Translations under genes and position numbers: made by a program
Shown here: one piece after another, positions 7,881-14,375 of the stretch
Layout: each line of letters opens with the position of its first letter
How positions within the stretch are numbered: the stretch's first letter is position 1
Source of the DNA: a virus
IMG/VR virus record: IMGVR_UViG_3300018080_000077
Coordinates: 1-36,507 of that record
Direction: 5' to 3' (one strand)
DNA length: 36,507 bases
The notes under the pieces: model-generated
Databases searched by the model: none
What the model saw: only the letters and a program-made list of their open reading frames with translations
Told to the model about the DNA's origin: nothing

Positions 7881-8000
7881 AATATGTTAATTTTCTTAGG
7901 TGTAATATTGAAAATATGTTAAATGTTATCATCCAAAAAACATGCATTTACTTACGTGGAATACGAAAATATGTTAAATTCTAAAAAATATCATGTTAAT
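7881..8000. repeat. Four copies of an ATATGTTAA-type direct repeat (protein-binding sites)
   Basis: GAAAATATGTTAAAT is exact at 7910..7924 and 7965..7979 (55-bp spacing). Variants: AATATGTTAATTTT at 7881..7894 and ATATCATGTTAAT at 7988..8000. Confidence 0.6.
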
Positions 8001-8016
8001 TCCTTTCAAATAGAAA

Positions 8017-8039
8017 TTTGCCAAAAATGATTTGGCAAA
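8017..8039. promoter_or_regulatory. Perfect 9-bp inverted repeat (candidate attP core or operator)
   Basis: TTTGCCAAA-aatga-TTTGGCAAA. Confidence 0.5.
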
Positions 8040-8156
8040 AATTCACAAAAGCATAACAACCAAAAACAACACATAAAACAATTTTTAAAGCCGTCTATAA
8101 CCCACTTTTTATATACAGCGTCCCAACTCCGTACCCAACACAACACTAATTTTTTG

Positions 8157-8185
8157 TTGTAAATTTTTTCAATGTTTGTTAAAAT
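8157..8185 (+). promoter_or_regulatory. Putative integrase promoter
   Basis: TTGTAA (8157..8162), 17 nt, TAAAAT (8180..8185), with TG at 8177..8178 (extended -10). It covers the track ATG at 8172, which argues for the ATG at 8217. Confidence 0.4.
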
Positions 8186-8216
8186 TTACCTTAAATTAAA
8201 TATATATAGTTTGGTT

Positions 8217-9212
8217 ATGAGCACATTACAAAAAACAGAATCTAAAAATATACAAACAACAGTATCTAAAAACAGACTCAAGGAAATAATAAGAACATAC
8301 ACTTCACCAAATACAAAAAGAGGGTTTAACTCAGACGTTAAAAATTTCCTTGCTTGGGCTCAAGTAACATATTTACAGGAGATAGAGTTTACTCAAGAAG
8401 TTATTATAAATTACATAATACAAGCCTTCGAAGGATTTCCAAAAGACATAGAGCAAATACTATTAGAACGCGGAGTAAAAAGACAGCCAGGACCAATAAA
8501 AGTTACAACAATAGAAAAAAGACTTAGAAATTTTGGAATATTTCTTGAGCTAAACGGTCGACCAAACCCAGTTAAAACGCCAGAAGTAAGAATGCTTATA
8601 AGAAGACTAAGACAAAACTTTCATGTTGGAAGAAAGAAAAATCCGATAACAAGAGAAATTTTAGATCAAATAATTGAACATAAATTTAAACCTAACGAAA
8701 AAAACATAAGAGATAGGGCAATTTTATTATTTGGATGGGGTTCTGGTGGGAGAAGGTCTCACGAAATATGTGATGTTAAATATGAAAATTTTGAACTACA
8801 ACCAAACGGTAACTATATATGTACTCTAGAAAAAACAAAAACAGGCAGAAATATGCGAGTTCCTGTTGGCGGCAGAGCAGCCAAAGCAATAAAAGACTGG
8901 ATTGCAATTAGAGGAACTAAACCTGGTTACATGTTTTTTCAAATGACATGCAATGGAGAATTAAAGGATAGAAAATTGACACAAGATGGCCTAAGAAATA
9001 TTATCAATAAAAGAATTGCAGCAATTGGACTAGATCCTGAGTACTATTCTCCAATATCAATAAGATCGGGATTTATCACAGAAGCTGGCAGGCAAAACAT
9101 GCCAGTAACAGAAGTTATGCAAATGACTACTCATAAGACAATGAGAGAAATGATGGAATATTATAGACACGGTTCCATGAATAATAATGTTTGCGTAAAT
9201 CTCGTTGGATAA
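8217..9212 (+). CDS. int: Tyrosine recombinase / phage integrase
   Basis: SAM-like N-terminal domain (TKRGFNSDVKNFLAWAQ). Catalytic-domain motifs GWGSGGRRSHEI, ISIRSGFITEA and THKTMREMMEYYRHG (R...R...H...Y). Alternative start at 8172. Confidence 0.85.
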   Translation: MSTLQKTESKNIQTTVSKNRLKEIIRTYTSPNTKRGFNSDVKNFLAWAQVTYLQEIEFTQEVIINYIIQAFEGFPKDIEQILLERGVKRQPGPIKVTTIEKRLRNFGIFLELNGRPNPVKTPEVRMLIRRLRQNFHVGRKKNPITREILDQIIEHKFKPNEKNIRDRAILLFGWGSGGRRSHEICDVKYENFELQPNGNYICTLEKTKTGRNMRVPVGGRAAKAIKDWIAIRGTKPGYMFFQMTCNGELKDRKLTQDGLRNIINKRIAAIGLDPEYYSPISIRSGFITEAGRQNMPVTEVMQMTTHKTMREMMEYYRHGSMNNNVCVNLVG

Positions 9213-9224
9213 AAAGGAGGAAAT

Positions 9225-9476
9225 ATGGAATGGTTTAAAGAGTTTGTCCATGTATTAACTTTTCTGGTGGCTAACTTTACAATTATATGGTGGTTTAGAA
9301 AAGAATCTAGAGAAGATTGGCTTAAAGTAGAAAAAGAATCAAAAGAGAACTGGCTGAGAGTAGAAAGAGAATCTAGAGAAAATAACATAAGAACTCAAAA
9401 CTTGATAGAAGCAATACACAAAGAAATGAAAGACTTTCACGAAAGGCTACTTAAGATAGAAGTGGAGAGAAAATAA
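9225..9476 (+). CDS. Small single-pass membrane protein, paralog of 10127..10312
   Basis: AGGAGG SD. MEWFKEFVHVLTFLVANFTIIWWFRKESREDW...MKDFHERLLKIEVERK. Shares the MEW start, the TM-WFR-ES-R-DW motif and the DFHERLLKIE end with the other copy. Confidence 0.65.
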   Translation: MEWFKEFVHVLTFLVANFTIIWWFRKESREDWLKVEKESKENWLRVERESRENNIRTQNLIEAIHKEMKDFHERLLKIEVERK

Positions 9477-9500
9477 TGGAAAGAAATAAAAAAAGCAGGC

Positions 9501-9743
9501 TCAAAAAGTCTTTGCAACGCTTCCCATTACACCACAAATTCTTCTTACCTCTTCACTTATAATTCTTCCTTCTTTCGTTATGTCGTCATCTATGTGTTTT
9601 AATGATTTATAAACCGCAGTAAAAACTTGTTTATTTGCAAAAAGTCTTACAAGTTTTTGCATTTCATCACTTTCAAATTCAAGCGACTCTTCTGGAATAC
9701 TTTCCAATATTCGACTGCTATATATACCACGAGTATGTTCCAT
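9501..9743 (-). CDS. Hypothetical acidic protein, last gene of the Cys-rich cassette
   Basis: 80 aa from the ATG at 9743 (track start 9752 is TTG). Starts 10 nt after the upstream stop. Confidence 0.45.
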   Translation of the reverse strand: MEHTRGIYSSRILESIPEESLEFESDEMQKLVRLFANKQVFTAVYKSLKHIDDDITKEGRIISEEVRRICGVMGSVAKTF

Positions 9744-9752
9744 TCTTCTCAA

Positions 9753-10130
9753 CTATTTAATTTTAATTATTTCTCTTTCTGTTAACACATCCTCTAAATC
9801 AAGGATTTCGCATCTCGCACATTTTTTGTGACAACAATCAGTTTCTTTATTTACACATTCTAATTCGTTTTCGAAATTCATGTAATGTCCGCAATGACAG
9901 CACTTCCAAAACATAAACTTACATCCTGCAAAGTATTTGTTTTTTGAAAATAATACTAATCTAAGAGGTATTTTTCTTTTATTAAATTTAAAAAAAATAC
10001 CGTTTTTCTTAATATTAATCTTTGATCCAGGAACTTCAACAAGATTGTTTAAGTCTAGATTAGTGTTTCCATTAAATCCAAAACAACTAAAAGACACGAT
10101 TATAAAAAAAACAAAAAGAAGTTTCTTCAT
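9753..10130 (-). CDS. Secreted Cys-rich protein, family member A
   Basis: Signal peptide MKKLLFVFFIIVSFSCFG. C-terminal WKCCHCG-x10-C-x6-CCHKKCARC. The ATG overlaps the upstream TGA (ATGA). Confidence 0.7.
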   Translation of the reverse strand: MKKLLFVFFIIVSFSCFGFNGNTNLDLNNLVEVPGSKINIKKNGIFFKFNKRKIPLRLVLFSKNKYFAGCKFMFWKCCHCGHYMNFENELECVNKETDCCHKKCARCEILDLEDVLTEREIIKIK

Positions 10131-10312
10131 TTTCTGTTCTCCTCTATCTTAAGTAATCTTTCATGAAAATCTCTTGATTCTTGATACCACATTTCTCTAA
10201 ATTGTTTAAATTCTTGGTCGGTCTGTCTCCAGTCGTTTCTTGATTCTGTTCTAAACCAGATAATCAACCCAGCATTAGCTAGAAATAAAAATAATACTTG
10301 CAGCCATTCCAC
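10127..10312 (-). CDS. Small single-pass membrane protein, paralog of 9225..9476
   Basis: GTG start overlaps the upstream TAG (TAGTG). MEWLQVLFLFLANAGLIIWFRTESRNDW...SRDFHERLLKIEENRK. Confidence 0.65.
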   Translation of the reverse strand: MEWLQVLFLFLANAGLIIWFRTESRNDWRQTDQEFKQFREMWYQESRDFHERLLKIEENRK

Positions 10313-10746
10313 TATTTTACCCCAACGTTATAATAATCAGTGCTTTTCCTTCCTTTGTACACCTGTATAAGCTTACAATTTCTACAACATTTGTGAGTAC
10401 ATTGTGTTTCTTGAATATTATCAGGAAGTTCAAATCCATTTTGACAATATTGGTCATAATCAACTTCAGTTAACCACCCACACTGACAACACTCCCAATA
10501 ATAATCAAATTTATTTTTAACACTTTCTAATGGAATTTTATAAAGTTTAGCTAAAAGACCTTCTTCGAAAAAAAATAAAATCCCGTCTTTTGTTTCTTGG
10601 CAGCAGCAAATATCTCCCTCGTCAGATTCTTTAATGAGTAAATTAAATTCATCTACTGTAGAGTTATCAAAGAACATAATTTCTTTTGCCTGAAGAAAGC
10701 AAAAAGAGCTTAAGAAAATGATGAACGATAAAACCAACTTTTTCAT
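10312..10746 (-). CDS. Secreted Cys-rich protein, family member B
   Basis: 144 aa from the ATG at 10746 with GGAGG SD. Signal peptide MKKLVLSFIIFLSSFCFLQA. WECCQCG-x10-C-x14-CTHKCCRNC. Confidence 0.7.
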   Translation of the reverse strand: MKKLVLSFIIFLSSFCFLQAKEIMFFDNSTVDEFNLLIKESDEGDICCCQETKDGILFFFEEGLLAKLYKIPLESVKNKFDYYWECCQCGWLTEVDYDQYCQNGFELPDNIQETQCTHKCCRNCKLIQVYKGRKSTDYYNVGVK

Positions 10747-10781
10747 AAAATAGCCTCCATTTTCAGTAATTATCATTGTTA

Positions 10782-10790
10782 ATTATAACA
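10782..10790 (-). promoter_or_regulatory. Extended -10 promoter element for the Cys-rich cassette
   Basis: The minus strand reads TGtTATAAT about 36 nt upstream of the ATG at 10746. It lies in the only sizeable intergenic gap of this block. Confidence 0.4.
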
Positions 10791-10824
10791 ATCTAGGTAA
10801 AAAAATGGAACTAAAGAAGTTTTT

Positions 10825-11064
10825 TTACTTAGAATCCATCTGTTTTCTACCCCAAACGACTATTCCGTTCATTGTTATTAATAGATATGCGGCGAACAGC
10901 ACTCCCTGGGATATTTCTCCAATAGCTAAATTATATGTTAGAAGGTATGTGTTTGTGATAATCCAAACAAAGAATCCATAAATGTTTTGTTTTGAATTTA
11001 AAAATGCTCCGTATAAAGCTAGAAAAACAACTAGCCAATTACAAATCCAAAAAAACCCGCTCAA
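10825..11064 (-). CDS. 3-TM membrane protein resembling a single PnuC (NMN_transporter) repeat
   Basis: No usable ATG. TTG at 11064 lies 7 nt after AAGGAG (11072..11077). ...SKQNIYGFFVWIITNTYLLTYNL...AAYLLITMNGIVVWGRK aligns by eye to the last three helices of H. influenzae PnuC (RKYVENWLLWVIINVISVV...FIALNGSRMW). Confidence 0.5.
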   Translation of the reverse strand: MSGFFWICNWLVVFLALYGAFLNSKQNIYGFFVWIITNTYLLTYNLAIGEISQGVLFAAYLLITMNGIVVWGRKQMDSK

Positions 11065-11578
11065 AATCAATCTCCTTGTTGAATATTTGTGACGTAAAAA
11101 CTTCTTTGTAGTAATTTACATCTATATGTGAAAAAAAATCTTCAAATAATTTGTCGATGGAGTTTTGGAAAATATCTTCACAATCTCGCACTCCATCTGA
11201 GATTAAAGGCATGTCAGGACGCACAAAAAAGAAATAGTCATAACTTTCAAGCCATTCTTCGGATGCTATTCTAAAATGATTTATTGGATTTTTTTTTAGT
11301 CTGAAAAAATCAGCATAAATAAATGTGTCAAAACAACTTCTATCACAAATAATAGTTGTATAACCCTGTTGTCGTGCTGTTAATTCTTTGTTTATTTGGC
11401 TAGTAAAGGCCCATATCGCTGTGTTTTCACTCATTTCATCATTTATTGGAAAACAAGATTCCCTCACTCTTTCGTGAATCACATATACGTTTTGTGCATT
11501 TCTTTTATAATATTCAGCGATTTGATATGTTAATGTACTTTTTCCGGCGCCATGCGTCCCACAACATGCTATTTTCAT
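11039..11578 (-). CDS. AAA_28-family P-loop protein (NadR-type ribosylnicotinamide kinase-like)
   Basis: Walker A CCGTHGAGKSTL, Walker B-like TTIICDRS, and YDYFFFVRPDMPLISDGVRDCEDIF, matching the AAA_28/NadR kinase pattern (yDlvfll.pd.pwv.DGvR). Confidence 0.7.
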   Translation of the reverse strand: MKIACCGTHGAGKSTLTYQIAEYYKRNAQNVYVIHERVRESCFPINDEMSENTAIWAFTSQINKELTARQQGYTTIICDRSCFDTFIYADFFRLKKNPINHFRIASEEWLESYDYFFFVRPDMPLISDGVRDCEDIFQNSIDKLFEDFFSHIDVNYYKEVFTSQIFNKEIDFERVFLDL

Positions 11579-11715
11579 TTTTTTTGCGCAGTAATGTCTT
11601 GTTGTGTATGAGCCTCTAATTGATATCCATATACGTCAGCCTCTAAGTCGCTATCATAATGGAAGCCACATCCACTTAAAACAGATAAAAGAACTATTAA
11701 ACAAAATTTCTTCAT
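11575..11715 (-). CDS. Mini-lipoprotein (46 aa), absent from the ORF track
   Basis: My translation: MKKFCLIVLLSVLSGCGFHYDSDLEADVYGYQLEAHTQQDITAQKK. Classic lipobox LSGC. The start overlaps the upstream TAA (TAATG) and the stop overlaps the kinase ATG (ATGA). Confidence 0.55.
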   Translation of the reverse strand: MKKFCLIVLLSVLSGCGFHYDSDLEADVYGYQLEAHTQQDITAQKK

Positions 11716-11903
11716 TACCCATACCTCTTATTTTTTTCTGGTGTAGATGGAGTTAAATCAACATCCCATCCAGTTTGGTTTTCTATTTGCTTTTCCAAAA
11801 GCTCCTCAGCAAAGTTGTCGTCTTTTAAACCAAGTTTATTATTTACTAAACTACATCCGCAAAAACAAACTGTAATAAAAAATAATGCTATTAATATTTT
11901 CAT
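11715..11903 (-). CDS. Small lipoprotein (62 aa)
   Basis: Start re-set to the ATG at 11903 with GGAG SD. MKILIALFFITVCFCGCSLVNN... has a signal peptide and a lipobox-like FCGC. The longer track ORF would overlap the upstream gene by 89 nt. Confidence 0.5.
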   Translation of the reverse strand: MKILIALFFITVCFCGCSLVNNKLGLKDDNFAEELLEKQIENQTGWDVDLTPSTPEKNKRYG

Positions 11904-11925
11904 TGCATTTCTCCATAAAAAATTC

Positions 11926-12183
11926 TTAAATGCTTGGTCTTTGTATAGAACAGACCAAAGTTTTTCTTTCGCCTTCATTTTTACACGCATCCCATTCAGA
12001 TATATAACGATCAATCTCTAATTGACAAAAGTCTATCTTAGAGTTGTCATTATCAATGTTTTTTTTCTCTCCAATTTTCTTTGTATATGATTCTGGTTTT
12101 ATATATCTAGTCCATTTGTATATAGAATTAATTGCAGAAATAAAATCATCTCTATTTTTTATCGGATCAAACATTCGAATCAT
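11926..12183 (-). CDS. Hypothetical protein just downstream of a tail-fibre gene (possible fibre chaperone)
   Basis: 85 aa. ATG 2 nt after the fibre stop, with a GGAGG SD inside the fibre 3' end. Confidence 0.5.
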   Translation of the reverse strand: MIRMFDPIKNRDDFISAINSIYKWTRYIKPESYTKKIGEKKNIDNDNSKIDFCQLEIDRYISEWDACKNEGERKTLVCSIQRPSI

Positions 12184-12185
12184 GT

Positions 12186-13994
12186 CTAAGCCTCCGTTCT
12201 TGGTTTATATAAGCCACTTAAACGCCACAACGATTCATTAGCTGTTATATCTGTATTTAACAGCTCTCCAGATGCTCCAGCAACTGCATCTGAATAAACG
12301 AATTTACAGTAATTATTTCCGTTTCCAATATCAACCGTTCCAACATAAATTATTTTATCATTTGCTCCTACATTTGATGCGTTTCCTTCTCCAGATATTG
12401 ATGAGTTAAAAACTCTATATGGGGCGTCATCACTTTCAAATGGAGTGACAAGCTCAGCCTGTACTGCTCCAACTCCGTTTGTAGTGCATGTATCGCTATA
12501 GTAATCTACATACACAGCTCCTGTAGTTGTAACTTGATAATAATAATTTGTATTTGTGAAAATAGGTGCGGTTCCTCCTACTGGCCTCCAGTGTGTATTT
12601 GCTGATGCTCCAAAAATTCCAAGTGGTATTTTAAACATTCTATATTCTTGAAATTGTCCAATCCCATCTTCTTGATCTATTGTCTGTACAGTCCAATCGC
12701 CACCAGCCGTTGTTAGTCTCATTCTAAAAGAACCTATATTTAAGCATGGATTATTATCATAGTCTGTTAACGTTGGATCCGATAATGCAAACATTGAATA
12801 AGAACTGTCTGCGTTTGCAGACCCTGTTTTTCCCATTACAGCTGCTGAACAAGATTTTCTAAGATTACACAGCCTAGATATCATAAAAGAAATGGCATCT
12901 TCAGCATCATTTAAAACTGCATATAAGAAAAACGGAACATCATCAGATGTAGTAGTATCTGCAGCTTGAAAACCAAAAAGATTTCCTATAATCGTACTAG
13001 CTCCACTATCGTCTATAAATGTTTGATTTGCAGTTACTTGAACTGTTACTAATTGACCAGGACTTGCACTACTATAAATTGTTACATATCCAGGACTAGA
13101 CGCAGAAAGAGCTGTTCCATCAGATCCATGCACAGTAAAAGTACTTCCGCTATAAGAAAAACCTATATTTGAAACGCCAACACTATCTCTTGCAGCTATT
13201 GTTATAGATCCTGCTCCATTCGTTATTTCTATTCCATTTCCTTCTGTTAAAGTAGCAGCTGCTGGAGCATTTCCAGTATCTCCAATAACAAGTTGTCCAT
13301 CAGTTAATGGACCAAGCTCATTAACTGTTGTATTTGCTCCTGCACCATATAAAAGAGTATTTGCAGTTGCTTGAACATTTAAAGTAAGTGTATTTGCTAC
13401 AGTTCCGTCAGAAAAAACACTTGTTCCAGTTACATCAATATTTCCAGTTCCATCAGGTGCAACTGGTCCAGCAACATCAGTAGTAAAAGAATCTACAGCC
13501 AATCCACCTCCAGCCAAAGAAACTCTTCCGTTGGCGTCTACTGCAAAATGTGCGTTGTTATAAGAACTAAGGCCGGCATCGTTTATATCAGATGCTCCTG
13601 TTGCTGAAGCAACTTGAATATCTATATCTAAAGTATTAGCTACATCTGCTCTAGTATATAGTGGTTGTGCATGCGTTCCAGAGGCTACAACATTACCGTT
13701 TATATCTATTGTTCCTACATTAGGATATGCAATATTTCCATCCTCAGCTCTTAAATCAGTAATAGTACCAAATCCACCTCCAGTGAACTTTCTCCATTGC
13801 GCATCTCCATTGATAACGTCAACTAAAATCCATTCATCATTAGTAGTATTATCTCTCCAAATAGACTGAATTGGTTGTTTTCTATCCAATATCGTTGGAG
13901 CTCTAGGAGCATCAATTGTTGGAATTACAGCAGTTTTTTGACCAGCATACTCTAGCGGATCTTTTTGTATAGGACGAAGTCCAAACTGTGCCAT
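12186..13994 (-). CDS. Tail fibre protein
   Basis: 602 aa, G/T/A/N-rich beta repeats. Module LTDGQLVIGDTGNAPAAATLTEGNGIEITNGAGSITIA is shared with 14369..16468. The N-terminal P.T..D...W...W.L....W motif is shared with 17340..19925. Confidence 0.75.
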   Translation of the reverse strand: MAQFGLRPIQKDPLEYAGQKTAVIPTIDAPRAPTILDRKQPIQSIWRDNTTNDEWILVDVINGDAQWRKFTGGGFGTITDLRAEDGNIAYPNVGTIDINGNVVASGTHAQPLYTRADVANTLDIDIQVASATGASDINDAGLSSYNNAHFAVDANGRVSLAGGGLAVDSFTTDVAGPVAPDGTGNIDVTGTSVFSDGTVANTLTLNVQATANTLLYGAGANTTVNELGPLTDGQLVIGDTGNAPAAATLTEGNGIEITNGAGSITIAARDSVGVSNIGFSYSGSTFTVHGSDGTALSASSPGYVTIYSSASPGQLVTVQVTANQTFIDDSGASTIIGNLFGFQAADTTTSDDVPFFLYAVLNDAEDAISFMISRLCNLRKSCSAAVMGKTGSANADSSYSMFALSDPTLTDYDNNPCLNIGSFRMRLTTAGGDWTVQTIDQEDGIGQFQEYRMFKIPLGIFGASANTHWRPVGGTAPIFTNTNYYYQVTTTGAVYVDYYSDTCTTNGVGAVQAELVTPFESDDAPYRVFNSSISGEGNASNVGANDKIIYVGTVDIGNGNNYCKFVYSDAVAGASGELLNTDITANESLWRLSGLYKPRTEA

Positions 13995-14024
13995 GTTTTT
14001 CTCTTGTTGTTGTGTTTGTTTTAT

Positions 14025-14375
14025 TTAAATAATAACGGTTGCTTCGTTATATTTTTGTGTTGCTGTTTTATAATTTGGATCTAATTGTATTTGCAATATG
14101 TTTTGATCTGTATTTTCTTTTTTAAATTCTTTTGTTATCGCCTCTCTTCTTCTTTTCTTTTTATTTTCCCAGAGTTCTATGGCTCTTTCTTTCCATGTTT
14201 GATTTTTTCTTGTTTTATATACACTAGCAACTTCTTCTCCTTCATAACATAGGCGACAATTTTCCCATACCCTCTGAGCCCAATCAATTTTATTTTCTAC
14301 TTGATCACAAAGATAGTAATCTAAAGCAATTGCGTCAGTTTCTATGTATTCTAATTCTGTATTTTCTATTAACAT
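14025..14375 (-). CDS. Hypothetical protein downstream of a fibre gene
   Basis: 116 aa, ATG overlapping the upstream stop region, GGGGG SD. Confidence 0.5.
   Translation of the reverse strand: MLIENTELEYIETDAIALDYYLCDQVENKIDWAQRVWENCRLCYEGEEVASVYKTRKNQTWKERAIELWENKKKRRREAITKEFKKENTDQNILQIQLDPNYKTATQKYNEATVII

Noticed and set aside
9448-10155. 13-bp perfect inverted repeat (TACTTAAGATAGA at 9448..9460 and its complement at 10143..10155) next to the tyrosine recombinase, suggesting an invertible segment
   Set aside because: The match lies in the conserved LLKIE codons of the two paralogous genes, so shared coding ancestry explains it. A 13-mer in AT-rich DNA is also not far from chance expectation. 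There is no other inversion-site architecture.
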